Below are positions 38,590 to 48,450 of a DNA stretch of 64,000 nucleotides, piece after piece (the first letter of the stretch is position 1; every line of letters begins with the position of its first letter). Source of the DNA: a bacterium. Lineage in GTDB: Bacteria; Patescibacteriota; Patescibacteriia; Patescibacteriales; UBA12465. The DNA lies in contig DAONYH010000003.1 in assembly GCA_035414245.1 (NCBI GenBank), positions 17,630 through 81,629 of the forward strand. The letters run 5' to 3'. Position numbers and translations under genes: made by a program. The notes under the pieces are model-generated. The model was not told the DNA's origin. It made no database searches and saw only the letters and a program-made list of their open reading frames with translations.

Positions 38590-39324
38590 TTATTTCTTGC
38601 CCTGATTTTTTACCTTCTTCATCTCCATCTGCAAAATTTTTTTATCCGCTAAATAATAATGGCGCAAAGGTTTAAATTTATTATCTAATTCATAAACCAA
38701 AGGAATACCAGTCGGAACATTGACTTCTAAAATTTCTTTAGCTGACATTTTGTCTAAATATTTAATTAAGGCTCTTAAACTATTACCGCTGCCAGTGATC
38801 AAAATTCTTTCCTGATTTTTTAAACGAGGAATAATTTGTTCTCGCCAAAAAGGAATGATGCGTCCTACTACGTCTTTCAAACTTTCGGCTTTGGGTACGG
38901 GAATATTTTTATATTTTAATTCACCTAGTTGATTATACTTATTATTTTTAGAAATTTCTGGTGGTCGCACCGAATAGCTCCGCCGCCAAATTAAAACCTG
39001 TTTCTCACCAAACTTAGCAGCCATTTCTTTTTTATTTAAACCCTGAAGATTGCCATAATGTCTTTCGTTTAAACGCCAATCAGTAATTTTTTTAATATTT
39101 GCTAAACCCATTTCTTTAAGAGTGATGTTCATTGTGAGTGAAGCTCTTTTTAATAAAGAAGTAAAGGCAACATCAAAATTAATATTAGCTTTCTTCAAAG
39201 ATTGACCAGCTTTTTTTGCTTCTTGTTTGCCCTTCTCAGTTAAACCCACATCCACCCAACCAGTAAACAACCCTTTTTTATTCCAAGTACTCTCTCCGTG
39301 GCGCAATAAAACAATTTTTATCAT
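38590..39324 (-). CDS. gpmA: 2,3-bisphosphoglycerate-dependent phosphoglycerate mutase
   Basis: 244 aa. LLRHGESTWNKKGLFTGWVDVGLTEKG (RHGE catalytic His motif). Confidence 0.85.
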   Translation of the reverse strand: MIKIVLLRHGESTWNKKGLFTGWVDVGLTEKGKQEAKKAGQSLKKANINFDVAFTSLLKRASLTMNITLKEMGLANIKKITDWRLNERHYGNLQGLNKKEMAAKFGEKQVLIWRRSYSVRPPEISKNNKYNQLGELKYKNIPVPKAESLKDVVGRIIPFWREQIIPRLKNQERILITGSGNSLRALIKYLDKMSAKEILEVNVPTGIPLVYELDNKFKPLRHYYLADKKILQMEMKKVKNQGKK

Positions 39325-39474
39325 ATATTTTTTTATAAATTAACTTTATTTTGATTATATCATAAATTGACGACAAAAGTTGAAAAATGATAGTATAAAC
39401 ATAAGTTTAAACAAACTGATATAAAAACATCTAAAGCTAGCCAATTTAAGAAAATAGCCGTAGAAATCGGCTTA

Positions 39475-40824
39475 ATGACGATAAAGGTGCTCCATTTTTT
39501 AGGAGATCTTATAGTCAAATTGGTCCGGCTGGTAGCCGGCTTTTTTAGTCTACTCTTTAAATTTTTATTTTCTCGAATTTTAGTAAAAATTTATTTTGGT
39601 ATTTTTCGTTTTAAAAACAATATTTTAAAAGAAAAAAGTTCTTCTCAATTATTGAATAAAAACTTAGCTTATTTCTTTATTTTTTTCTTAGCCGCCTTTT
39701 TTATTTATAACAATGTAAAAACACGCAACGAGGTTAGCGCGGCTACCGTAAATAATGTATCAAAAACAGTGATGGCTAATTTGGTAAAAAATGAATTTAG
39801 TATTTTAAATGATGAAGAGTTAATTGAAGAAGGTTATACTCCCGGTAGTTTGAAAACAGCTGGCCAAGAAAAATACGATACTGATATTTTAGTCGCCATT
39901 AAAAAAACTCCAAACTTAGAAAACATTAGCTCAACTACTGGATCGCAACAAACTGAATATAATCCTTTGGTTTTAGTAAATGAAGAGGCGGTAGCAGTAA
40001 AACCACTGGCTGTTTCAGATGATGTTTTAGCTGATGATGGCATAATTCCAGAAAGAAAAGAAATTGTTTATTACACTGTTCAAGCGGGTGACACAGTTAG
40101 CACCATTGCCCGCAAATTTGATATTACCATCAACACAATTTTATGGGCCAACAATTTGAGTTCATACAGTTTAATTAGACCCGGGGATTCACTAACAATT
40201 TTGCCCAAAAGCGGTGTGATGCATACGGTAAAAAGTGGTGATACGATTTCTAAAATCGCAAAATTATATGGAGTAGATGAAAATGAAATAACTAGTAGCA
40301 ATAATCTAGGCAACACTTTGAAAATTGGAGATAAAATAATGGTGCCGGGCGGTAGAAAAATTGTCACAATTGCCAAAACAACTTCGGCGCCCAGCAATAC
40401 TACCGGTCTCTCAATTATTCGTGATTTAGTAAAAACTCCCGCTGCTACAGCTGCCAGTTCTGAAGGGGGAAAAATGTTATGGCCAACCGAGGGACAAAGA
40501 ATTACACAATATTATTCTTGGCGTCACACTGGTTTAGATATTGCTAATAAAACCGGTACTCCTTTATACGCTGCCGAAGATGGAACAGTTGAATTTGCCG
40601 GTTGGAACAAGGGATATGGTTATAATATTTTGATTGATCACGGGGGTGGCAAAAAAACTCGCTATGCTCATGCCAGCAAACTTCATGTATCAGCGGGTGA
40701 TGTGGTAACCAGAGGTGATACGATTGCAGATATGGGTTCAACCGGTTGGTCAACTGGACCACACATTCATTTTGAGGTTATAATTAATGGGACAAAACAA
40801 AATCCTTTAAATTATATAAAATAA
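39475..40824 (+). CDS. LysM-domain M23 (lysostaphin-type) peptidoglycan endopeptidase, membrane anchored
   Basis: 449 aa. N-terminal TM, two LysM repeats (YYTVQAGDTVSTIARKF; HTVKSGDTISKIAKLYG), and an M23 domain (HTGLDIA...IDHGGG...HIHFEV). Confidence 0.8.
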   Translation: MTIKVLHFLGDLIVKLVRLVAGFFSLLFKFLFSRILVKIYFGIFRFKNNILKEKSSSQLLNKNLAYFFIFFLAAFFIYNNVKTRNEVSAATVNNVSKTVMANLVKNEFSILNDEELIEEGYTPGSLKTAGQEKYDTDILVAIKKTPNLENISSTTGSQQTEYNPLVLVNEEAVAVKPLAVSDDVLADDGIIPERKEIVYYTVQAGDTVSTIARKFDITINTILWANNLSSYSLIRPGDSLTILPKSGVMHTVKSGDTISKIAKLYGVDENEITSSNNLGNTLKIGDKIMVPGGRKIVTIAKTTSAPSNTTGLSIIRDLVKTPAATAASSEGGKMLWPTEGQRITQYYSWRHTGLDIANKTGTPLYAAEDGTVEFAGWNKGYGYNILIDHGGGKKTRYAHASKLHVSAGDVVTRGDTIADMGSTGWSTGPHIHFEVIINGTKQNPLNYIK

Positions 40825-40825
40825 T

Positions 40826-41077
40826 ATGGTGGAAATTTTGATTGGCATCGCCTTAGTGGCTGCCGGCGCAGTTTTAGTAATGAAAACCGAATGGTTTATA
40901 AATAATTTTGGTCGCTTGGCTTGGTTTGAAGCTAAACTCGGTTTTGAAGGTGGCTCTCGTTTAGGATATAAGCTGATTGGCGTTCTATTATTAATTGTCG
41001 GCATAATATTTATGACTGGGAGTGGTGAAAGTTTTGCTGCCTGGTTGCTTTCCCCTTTTATTAAGAGGAGAATGTAA
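40826..41077 (+). CDS. Small 2-TM membrane protein, hypothetical
   Basis: 83 aa with two clear hydrophobic helices. It starts 2 nt after the M23 gene. Confidence 0.35.
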   Translation: MVEILIGIALVAAGAVLVMKTEWFINNFGRLAWFEAKLGFEGGSRLGYKLIGVLLLIVGIIFMTGSGESFAAWLLSPFIKRRM

Positions 41078-41217
41078 AAATTTGAAAGTGAGGGTAATTA
41101 AAAGAAGTTGAAGTGGAAAAAAAATAGAGGAAGTAAACAATTTTACTTGACCAAAATAATACTAGTTGCTAATCTTTTTACAGTTTACTAGATTTTAATG
41201 TATAAATAAAAAATCAT

Positions 41218-41293
41218 GGGCCCTTAGCTCAGCTGGCTAGAGCACCTGCTTTGCAAGCAGGGGGTCAAGGGTTCGAATCCCTTAGGGTCCACC
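41218..41293 (+). tRNA. tRNA-Ala (anticodon TGC)
   Basis: GGGCCCTTAGCTCAGCTGGCTAGAGCACCTGCTTTGCAAGCAGGGGGTCAAGGGTTCGAATCCCTTAGGGTCCACC. Cloverleaf with a G3:U70 alanine identity pair. The anticodon loop CTTTGCAAG gives UGC. Confidence 0.85.
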
Positions 41294-41306
41294 TTAATCT
41301 GTACCT

Positions 41307-41349
41307 AAAAACGCCCCTAAACAGCTTGTTTATTAGGGCGTTTTTATTT
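41307..41349 (+). terminator. Rho-independent terminator after tRNA-Ala
   Basis: aaaaaCGCCCCTAAACAGcttgTTTATTAGGGCGtttttattt: a long imperfect stem followed by a T-run. Confidence 0.55.
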
Positions 41350-41383
41350 AGCCAAAAATCTTGAAAAATGATAAAATAAACTC

Positions 41384-44122
41384 ATGTCTAAAACAAAACC
41401 AAAACTACTAATAATTGATGGTAATGCGATAATTCACCGCAGTTTTCATGCTTTGCCACCAACTTTAAGAACTAAAGATGGAACCTTGGTAAATGCGGTC
41501 TATGGTTTTACCTCCTTTCTTTTAACTGCTCTTAATGAATTTCATCCTGAATATATTATTTTAGCTCTAGATAAAAAGGGGGCAACTTTCCGTCATGAAA
41601 CTTTTGCTGATTACAAGGCAACGCGTATCAAAGCGCCGGATGAATTATATGAACAAATTCCTTTGGTTAAACAAATTGCGCGCGTTTTTGCGATTCCAAT
41701 TTTTGAAAAAACCGGTTTTGAAGCGGATGATTTAATCGGCACTCTTTGTCTTCAAGCGGAAAAAGAAAAAAATTTAGAAACCATTATTATTACCGGCGAT
41801 CTTGATACTCTGCAACTCGTTAGTCATAAAACCAAGGTTTATACGACTAGTCGCGGTTTATCAGAAAGTGTTCTCTATGATGTAGAAAAAATTAAAACCC
41901 GCTTCAACTTAAACCCCAAACAAATTATTGACTTAAAAGCTTTGGCCGGCGATCAAAGTGATAATATTCCTGGCGCTAAAGGCATAGGTCTTAAAACCGC
42001 CACTGATCTCTTAGTTAATTTCAAAAATATTGAAGGTGTTTATCAAGCGGTTGATAAAAAAGATAAAAAAATAAAAGAACGTACCTTGGAATTATTAAAG
42101 GCCTCAAGAGATGATGTTTTCTTAAGCAAATCTTTGGCAACCATAAATTGCAACGCACCAATTGAACTGTCTTTAAAAGAAGCGGCTTTTGCGGGTTTTA
42201 ATTTAGATGAGATTTTAGAATTATTTAGAAAATTAGAATTTAGATCCTTGCTTGATAAAGCGAAATCTCTCAGAGATTATCACCAAAAAAAACAAAGTGA
42301 TAGCCTAGAAATTAAAGAACAAAAAATTAGCGCTAAAAAAGAAAAAAATGATTATCATTTTTTAAAAACAGAAAAAGAGTTTGCTAATTTTTTAAAGACA
42401 CTAAAGAAAAGAAAAGAATTTGCCATTAATTTAAAACTGGAGACCATTAATAATTTTGAAACATCCTTAACCGGCCTATCTTTTTCTTGGTTGAAAAATC
42501 AAGCATTTTTTGTTTTGGTGGATGATAAAAAAATAAAAGCTTTAAAACCGATTTTAGAAAACAAACAAATTCTAAAAACCGGCCACGATTTAAAAACCAC
42601 TTGGCAGGTCTTTAAAAATCTCAACATAGATTTTCAAGGATTAGGATTTGATGTAATGTTAGCCTCATATTTACTTAATCCGGGTGAAAGACGTCATGAT
42701 TTAGACGCGCTGGCTTTTTTAGAACTAGGAATAGACAAATTAACCAATAAAGATATTGCCCCAACCGATAAAACGCAATTAAGTTTTGACTTCTCAAAAC
42801 CTGACCAAGAAAAAATAGCTCTTTTAACTAACGAGGGGGCGGATTTAATTGGACAATTAAAAAAATCTTTGGAAAAAAAGTTAATTAATTTAAAACTCAA
42901 AGAAATTTTTACCACGATTGAGATGCCACTGATAAAAGTTTTGGCTAAAATGGAATACACAGGAATAAAAATTGATCTTGAACCAATTAAAAAATTCCAT
43001 AAAGAAGTAATTGCAAAAATAAAAAAATTAGAAACAGAAATTTATTTTTTAGCGGGCAAAAAATTTAATATTAATTCAACCAAACAACTAAAAGAAATTT
43101 TATTTATTGATTTGGAAATTCCCACTTTTGGCATTAAAAAAACTAAAACCGGTTTCTCTACTGCTGAAGAAGAACTGATAAAATTAAAAGATTTGCATCC
43201 CATAATTCCCTATTTGCAAGATTATCGTGAACTGACAAAATTAGAAACAACTTATTTGAGCGCGCTACCAAAAATTATTAATACGAAAACCGGAAAAATT
43301 CACACTCATTTTAATCAAGCTGTTACGGCTACTGGTCGTCTTTCTTCCAACGATCCGAATTTACAAAATATTCCCGCTCGTACCGAAGAGGGACGAAAAA
43401 TTAGAGAGGCCTTTGTGGCGGAAAAAGGGTTTAAATTACTTGGTCTGGATTATTCACAAATTGAATTACGTTTAGCAGCACACATGTCTCAAGATAAAAA
43501 CATGATTAAGGCTTTCAATGATGGCGAAGATATTCATGCGGCTACTGCAGCTAAAATAAACGACATTCCGCTTGAAAAAGTTTCTAAACAACAAAGACGT
43601 GAAGCTAAGGCAACAAACTTTGGTATTCTTTATGGACAAGGACCTCATGGCCTAAGTCAAGCAGCGGGCATTAATTTTTTTAATGCCAAGGAATTTATAA
43701 AAAAATATTTTGCTAGTTATCCTGGTATTAAAAAAATGGTTGATCATTTTATAAAAGAAGCAGAAAAAAATAATTACGCGATTACTCTTTTTGGTCGCAA
43801 ACGTCCTCTGCCGGATATCAATTCTAGTTTACCGATGGTGAAAAAAGCGGCAGAACGCATGGCTATAAACACTCCTATTCAAGGGACAGCAGCGGATTTG
43901 ATTAAGTTGGCGATGATAAAAATTGGTGATTTAATTGAGCCTAAAAGTGACGAGATTCATTTATTACTCCAAGTTCATGATGAATTAATTTTTGAAGTAA
44001 AAGAAGAAAAGTTGGATTACTATGCCAAAAAAATTAAAAAAGTAATGGAAGAAATTATGAAACTGAAAGTGCCAATTGTGGTTGATGTTTCATGGGGAAA
44101 AAATTGGGGTGAGTTAAAATAA
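41384..44122 (+). CDS. polA: DNA polymerase I (5'-3' exonuclease, 3'-5' exo-like and polymerase domains)
   Basis: 912 aa. LLIIDGNAIIHRSFHAL 5'-nuclease N-terminus; pol motif A DYSQIELR, motif B RREAKATNFGILYG, motif C QVHDEL. Confidence 0.9.
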   Translation: MSKTKPKLLIIDGNAIIHRSFHALPPTLRTKDGTLVNAVYGFTSFLLTALNEFHPEYIILALDKKGATFRHETFADYKATRIKAPDELYEQIPLVKQIARVFAIPIFEKTGFEADDLIGTLCLQAEKEKNLETIIITGDLDTLQLVSHKTKVYTTSRGLSESVLYDVEKIKTRFNLNPKQIIDLKALAGDQSDNIPGAKGIGLKTATDLLVNFKNIEGVYQAVDKKDKKIKERTLELLKASRDDVFLSKSLATINCNAPIELSLKEAAFAGFNLDEILELFRKLEFRSLLDKAKSLRDYHQKKQSDSLEIKEQKISAKKEKNDYHFLKTEKEFANFLKTLKKRKEFAINLKLETINNFETSLTGLSFSWLKNQAFFVLVDDKKIKALKPILENKQILKTGHDLKTTWQVFKNLNIDFQGLGFDVMLASYLLNPGERRHDLDALAFLELGIDKLTNKDIAPTDKTQLSFDFSKPDQEKIALLTNEGADLIGQLKKSLEKKLINLKLKEIFTTIEMPLIKVLAKMEYTGIKIDLEPIKKFHKEVIAKIKKLETEIYFLAGKKFNINSTKQLKEILFIDLEIPTFGIKKTKTGFSTAEEELIKLKDLHPIIPYLQDYRELTKLETTYLSALPKIINTKTGKIHTHFNQAVTATGRLSSNDPNLQNIPARTEEGRKIREAFVAEKGFKLLGLDYSQIELRLAAHMSQDKNMIKAFNDGEDIHAATAAKINDIPLEKVSKQQRREAKATNFGILYGQGPHGLSQAAGINFFNAKEFIKKYFASYPGIKKMVDHFIKEAEKNNYAITLFGRKRPLPDINSSLPMVKKAAERMAINTPIQGTAADLIKLAMIKIGDLIEPKSDEIHLLLQVHDELIFEVKEEKLDYYAKKIKKVMEEIMKLKVPIVVDVSWGKNWGELK

Positions 44123-44140
44123 ATATTTAATTTCAATATA

Positions 44141-45514
44141 ATGACAACTAAAAAACAAAAAACAAAAAATTCAAAAATTGCCTTATTGGGACTTGGACTT
44201 GATAACCTTGCTCTTTTAAATTTATTAGACAAGCATCGCGCTCCAGTTGAAATTACGGTTTGTGATTTTCGCGCCAAAGCACAACTGCCGATCATAAAAA
44301 CAAAAAACTTGAAAATAAATTATCGCCTTGGCGCTCAATTCAACCAAAATTTATCTGATTTTTCTTTACTTTTTCGCTCTCCGGGCTGGCCCATAGCCTG
44401 CCCCGGCATTCAAGCGGCCTTAAAAAATAAAAACACCAAGCTGAGCAGTCCACTAAATTTATTTTTTGAACTTTGTCCAAGTAAAAATATAATTGGCGTG
44501 ACTGGCACTAAAGGCAAAGGAACAACCGCTAGTTTAATTTTTAAAATTTTAGAAGCAAAAAATAAATTGACTAATAAAAAATCGCTTGTTAAACGCCAGG
44601 TCTTTTTAGGCGGAAACATTGGCGTTGCTCCGCTTTCATTTTTAGAAAAAATTAATCCCACTGACTTTGTTGTCTTGGAGTTATCTAGTTTTCAGTTAGA
44701 AGATTTAAAATATTCACCCAAAATTGCTGTAATCACCAATTTATTTAAAGAACATTTGGCGCCGGCTGACCCTAATAATCCGAATTATCATTCTTCATTA
44801 CAAAAATATTGGCAAGCTAAACTTAATATCGCTAAACACAAAGCTAATAAGTTTTTAGTAATCAACCAAAGTCTGAAAGCAAAAATAAAAAGCAGTAAAC
44901 TTGATACGAAAATTATTTTCTTTTCCGCTAATAATTTAAAATCAAAATTAAGTGGTGCTTACAATCAAGAAAATGTGGGCGCTGCGGTAGCTGTGGCGAA
45001 AATACTAAAAATTAAAACTTCAATTTATCAAAAAGTGATTGCTAATTTTTCTAATCTTGAACATCGTTTAGAATTAGTAAAGGAGACAAACAATATTAAA
45101 TATTTTGATAATAGTTTTTCCACTACTCCGGAAAGTACTATTTTGGATTTAAAATCTTTTCCTGAAACAATTATTCAGATTGCGGGTGGAGCTGACAAGG
45201 GCGCTGATTTTTCTGCTTTAGCAAAAACTATCAAACAAAAACAAGTTTTTTTAATTATGCTGCCGGGCAAAGGCTCTAATCGTATTATTAATGAATTGAC
45301 GAAAATTAATTTTCCCGCTAAAAATATTATCCGTGTTAATAATATGGAAGAAGCGGTTAAACTGGCACAAAAAAAAGCCAAACATATCCAAAAAGAAAAT
45401 CCAAAAACAAAAATTGTGGTTTTACTTTCAACCGCTTGCGCTAGTTTTGGAATTTTTAAAAACTACAAAGAAAGAGGCAATTTGTTTAAAGAGTATGTTA
45501 AAAAACATACTTAA
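44141..45514 (+). CDS. murD: UDP-N-acetylmuramoylalanine--D-glutamate ligase
   Basis: 457 aa. N-terminal Rossmann-like domain (IALLGLGLDN), P-loop IGVTGTKGKGTTASLI, and a Mur ligase C-terminal domain. Confidence 0.65.
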   Translation: MTTKKQKTKNSKIALLGLGLDNLALLNLLDKHRAPVEITVCDFRAKAQLPIIKTKNLKINYRLGAQFNQNLSDFSLLFRSPGWPIACPGIQAALKNKNTKLSSPLNLFFELCPSKNIIGVTGTKGKGTTASLIFKILEAKNKLTNKKSLVKRQVFLGGNIGVAPLSFLEKINPTDFVVLELSSFQLEDLKYSPKIAVITNLFKEHLAPADPNNPNYHSSLQKYWQAKLNIAKHKANKFLVINQSLKAKIKSSKLDTKIIFFSANNLKSKLSGAYNQENVGAAVAVAKILKIKTSIYQKVIANFSNLEHRLELVKETNNIKYFDNSFSTTPESTILDLKSFPETIIQIAGGADKGADFSALAKTIKQKQVFLIMLPGKGSNRIINELTKINFPAKNIIRVNNMEEAVKLAQKKAKHIQKENPKTKIVVLLSTACASFGIFKNYKERGNLFKEYVKKHT

Positions 45515-45569
45515 AATATACTAAAAATATAAATAACTAAACGCACAGGACACTAAACGGTACTAAACT

Positions 45570-46538
45570 ATGATAATTTTTTTCTACGGTCCGGAGTCTT
45601 TCTTGAAAAAAAGAAAGCTCCAAGAATTAAAAGATAGATTTATTAAAGAAATCGATGTTGAATCGAATAGTTTAGAAGTGCTTGATGGACAAACGATTGA
45701 TTTAAAAACTTTAAACGAAAAAATTAATACTGGTTCTTTGTTTACTGCTAAGCGAATGATTATTATTAACCAAATTTTTAAAAATAAAAAGAGTAAAATT
45801 TTTTCTGAGCTAGCTACTTATTTAGCAAAAATCGCCAATGAAGATGATAAAATAATAGTTTTTGTTGATGATGAATTAAATACTAAAAAAACACCTCTGA
45901 CAACAGAGCAAAAAAAATTATTTAATTTTTTGGCAAAACAAAAATTCATTCAAGAATTTAAGCCCCTAACTAATGCGGGTTTAATGAATTTTATAAAAAA
46001 AGAAGCTAACAGTTATCATAAAGAAATAAGTCCTTCGGCCGCTTTAGAATTAATTAAAAAAACCGGATCTGATTTATGGCTTATTAGTCAGAGCATTAAA
46101 AAAGCCGCTTTAAGCCAAGAAGAAAAAATTATTTCCCTAGAAACAATAAACGCAACTGCTACCGAAATATTTAATGAAGATATTTTTTCTTTAACGGATG
46201 CGATTAGCGCTAAAAATAAAAAGTTAGCTTTAAAAATACTTGAAGAACAATATGCGGCTGGAAGTGGTGATGAATATTTATTAACAATATTAGTCAGGCA
46301 ATTTAAAAATTTACTGATGATAAAAGATGCTGTAGAAAATAAGGTAAAACCTGACCAAACAGCTAAACAACTCGGCCTTCATCCCTTTGTTGTTAAAAAA
46401 GGATTATTGCAAACACGTAATTTTAAAAAAGAAGAATTAAAATATTTCTTGAATCGTTTGCTTTTTTTAGATTACGCCAACAAGACTGGTCAAAGTGAAA
46501 TTAGAACGGAATTATCTCTATTAATCGCTCAAATTTAA
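45570..46538 (+). CDS. holA: DNA polymerase III delta subunit
   Basis: 322 aa. MIIFFYGPESFLKKRKLQEL is the typical HolA start. The helical C-terminal domains are present. Confidence 0.6.
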   Translation: MIIFFYGPESFLKKRKLQELKDRFIKEIDVESNSLEVLDGQTIDLKTLNEKINTGSLFTAKRMIIINQIFKNKKSKIFSELATYLAKIANEDDKIIVFVDDELNTKKTPLTTEQKKLFNFLAKQKFIQEFKPLTNAGLMNFIKKEANSYHKEISPSAALELIKKTGSDLWLISQSIKKAALSQEEKIISLETINATATEIFNEDIFSLTDAISAKNKKLALKILEEQYAAGSGDEYLLTILVRQFKNLLMIKDAVENKVKPDQTAKQLGLHPFVVKKGLLQTRNFKKEELKYFLNRLLFLDYANKTGQSEIRTELSLLIAQI

Positions 46539-46629
46539 TTTTATCTAACACTTGCTTTTTTATTTAATGTCTGTTATATTTTTACTCAGAATTTTAGCAA
46601 TGAAAAATTAGTTTTTTTATTTTAAAAAA

Positions 46630-46703
46630 GGGCAATTAGCTCAGTTGGTTAGAGCGCAACACTGATAATGTTGAGGTCGGAGGTTCGAATCCTCCATTGC
46701 CCA
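46630..46703 (+). tRNA. tRNA-Ile (anticodon GAT)
   Basis: GGGCAATTAGCTCAGTTGGTTAGAGCGCAACACTGATAATGTTGAGGTCGGAGGTTCGAATCCTCCATTGCCCA. Anticodon loop CTGATAA. CCA is not encoded. Confidence 0.85.
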
Positions 46704-46759
46704 CTTTAACCGCCTTGGAGTGTAAATCACTTTTGAATCACTTTGAAGTGTGTTTGTGA

Positions 46760-46832
46760 CGCGGGATAGAGCAGTTGGCAGCTCGCCAGGCCCATAACCT
46801 GGAGGTCGTCGGTTCGAGTCCGACTCCCGCAA
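46760..46832 (+). tRNA. tRNA-Met (anticodon CAT), initiator-like (C1:A72 mismatch, A73)
   Basis: CGCGGGATAGAGCAGTTGGCAGCTCGCCAGGCCCATAACCTGGAGGTCGTCGGTTCGAGTCCGACTCCCGCAA. Anticodon loop CCCATAA. The 5' C opposite A at the acceptor end is a bacterial initiator hallmark. Confidence 0.75.
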
Positions 46833-46863
46833 CTAATAAAACGATTGAAAATTAAAAATATAT

Positions 46864-46938
46864 GCCTCGGTAGCTCAGTGGTAGAGCAAAGGACTGAAAA
46901 TCCTTGTGTCGTCAGTTCGATTCTGACCCGAGGCACCA
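46864..46938 (+). tRNA. tRNA-Phe (anticodon GAA), CCA encoded
   Basis: GCCTCGGTAGCTCAGTGGTAGAGCAAAGGACTGAAAATCCTTGTGTCGTCAGTTCGATTCTGACCCGAGGCACCA. Confidence 0.85.
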
Positions 46939-46981
46939 AAATAAAAATAAGTTCGATTTTTTAACGAACTATTTTTATATA

Positions 46982-47059
46982 CGGGGTGTGGCCCAGTTGG
47001 TCTAAGGCGTCTGGTTTGGGACCAGAAGATCGTGAGTTCAAATCTCGCCACCCCGACCA
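46982..47059 (+). tRNA. tRNA-Pro (anticodon TGG), CCA encoded
   Basis: CGGGGTGTGGCCCAGTTGGTCTAAGGCGTCTGGTTTGGGACCAGAAGATCGTGAGTTCAAATCTCGCCACCCCGACCA. C1:G72 is typical of bacterial tRNA-Pro. G37 is present. Confidence 0.85.
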
Positions 47060-47064
47060 AATAA

Positions 47065-47100
47065 AAAATCAAGTTTGGCCTTTAGCCACTTGATTTTTAT
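47065..47100 (+). terminator. Rho-independent terminator after the tRNA cluster
   Basis: AAATCAAGTTTGGCctttaGCCACTTGATTTttat: stem followed by a T-run. Confidence 0.55.
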
Positions 47101-47184
47101 TTATTATTATGATACTCTCGTTCTAGTGAGCCTGAGGGCTCTCTTCTTAATAATTAATTAAAAATTGTTAAATTTTAACCCCTT

Positions 47185-47445
47185 ATGCCAAATAAGAAGT
47201 CTGCGGAAAAAGAATTACGCAAAAATATTAAAAGAAAAGCAGCTAATAAAACCTTTGCTGACAAATTAAAAGCAACTGTTAAGGCTAATATTAAACAAAT
47301 TAACGCTGGTGATAAAAGTGTAATTGAAAAAATACCTTTAACCATTAAAGCGATTGATAAGGCGGCTAAAAAAGGTGTTATTAAAAAAAATACCGCTAGC
47401 CGTAAAAAATCTCGCTTAATGAAACGCATTAATTCCCTGAAATAA
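47185..47445 (+). CDS. rpsT: 30S ribosomal protein S20
   Basis: 86 aa, very basic. MPNKKSAEKELRKNIKRKAANKTFADKLKAT is S20-like. Confidence 0.75.
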   Translation: MPNKKSAEKELRKNIKRKAANKTFADKLKATVKANIKQINAGDKSVIEKIPLTIKAIDKAAKKGVIKKNTASRKKSRLMKRINSLK

Positions 47446-47530
47446 TTTTTTTAATTCCTTAAAATAAATTTAATAAGTCACTCTTTCTTGGATACGGATT
47501 GGAACCCGTTTCTCGGTTAGAAGTAAATCT

Positions 47531-47896
47531 ATGTTAGATAAAAAAATCAAAGAAAAAATCATTAAAAAATTTCGTGTGCATGACACCGACACTGGTTCTT
47601 CGCAAGTTCAAATTGCTATTTTGACCGAAGAAATTAAACAGTTAACCGACCATTTAAAAAAACATAAACATGACTTCTCTTCTCGTCGTGGTTTGCTTAA
47701 AAAAGTGGGCGAGAGACGAAAATTATTAAAATACTTACAAAAAGAAAGCGCTGAACAATTTAAAGATTTGGCTGATAAACTAAAATTAAAAATAGCGCAA
47801 AAATTAGAAGAAGAGGAAGAAGAGGAAAAGAAAAAAGAAAAGAAATATATTAATCCTGATGAAGCTGAAGAAATTAAAGAAGATGAGTTAGAATAA
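47531..47896 (+). CDS. rpsO: 30S ribosomal protein S15 with a Lys/Glu-rich C-terminal extension
   Basis: 121 aa. [56 protein letters not shown] is the S15 core. An extra tail of about 30 aa ends [29 protein letters not shown]. Confidence 0.8.
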   Translation: MLDKKIKEKIIKKFRVHDTDTGSSQVQIAILTEEIKQLTDHLKKHKHDFSSRRGLLKKVGERRKLLKYLQKESAEQFKDLADKLKLKIAQKLEEEEEEEKKKEKKYINPDEAEEIKEDELE

Positions 47897-47901
47897 TAAT
47901 T

Positions 47902-48429
47902 ATGATAAAACATACCGAACAACGAGTGGGAATTTTAGTGGATGTTTCTAATATGTATCATTCCGCTAAAAATCTCTATGGACGAAAAGTGAATTTTAAA
48001 GAAATCTTACTAAAAGCAGTGGCTAACCGTAAGCTTATTCGGGCCACTGCTTATGCTATAAAGACCGAAAATCAAGAAGAGCTTCCCTTCACAGAGGCCT
48101 TAGAACAACAAGGATTTGAGGTCAAAATGAAAGATCTGCAAATTTTTGCCGGCGGCGTGAAAAAAGCTGACTGGGATGTTGGCATTGCTATTGATGCGAT
48201 TAAGCTAGCTGACAAGTTAGACGTGATTGTGCTTGTTTCTGGTGACGGAGATTATGTGCCTTTAGTTTCCTATCTGCAAAACAATAAAGGTTGCTTAGTT
48301 GAAATTATGGCTTTTAGAAAAACCTGTTCTGCAAAATTAATTGAGGAAGCAGATGATTTTATTGATCTTAGTTCTAGTCGTAAATTTTTGATTTATTCTA
48401 AATCTAAAGTAAACAAAACAAAAAAATAA
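47902..48429 (+). CDS. NYN-domain protein (LabA/DUF88-like predicted PIN-type RNase)
   Basis: 175 aa. VGILVDVSNMYHSAKNLYGRKVNFKEIL...IRATAYA...VLVSGDGDYVPLV is the NYN signature. It starts 6 nt after rpsO and lies before pnp. Confidence 0.65.
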   Translation: MIKHTEQRVGILVDVSNMYHSAKNLYGRKVNFKEILLKAVANRKLIRATAYAIKTENQEELPFTEALEQQGFEVKMKDLQIFAGGVKKADWDVGIAIDAIKLADKLDVIVLVSGDGDYVPLVSYLQNNKGCLVEIMAFRKTCSAKLIEEADDFIDLSSSRKFLIYSKSKVNKTKK

Positions 48430-48450
48430 TTAAAATATTAATAATTAATA

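Noticed and set aside
41078-41217. Promoter for tRNA-Ala (TTACAG-17-TATAAA near 41178-41206) and for the tRNA-Ile cluster (TTGCTT-17-TATATT near 46552-46580)
   Set aside because: They are plausible by eye. In DNA this AT-rich, TATAAT-like hexamers are frequent. Without scoring against a background I did not list them as features.
46641-47072. Three minus-strand ORFs (63-70 aa) from the ORF track
   Set aside because: They overlap the tRNA-Ile, tRNA-Met, tRNA-Phe and tRNA-Pro genes on the opposite strand. The translations are arbitrary (RRPPGYGPGELPT...). They are artefacts of GC-rich tRNA sequence in an AT-rich genome.
47175-47922. Antisense ORFs 47175-47429 (-) and 47608-47922 (-)
   Set aside because: They are fully embedded antisense in rpsT and rpsO respectively. 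The sense-strand products have clear ribosomal-protein identity.
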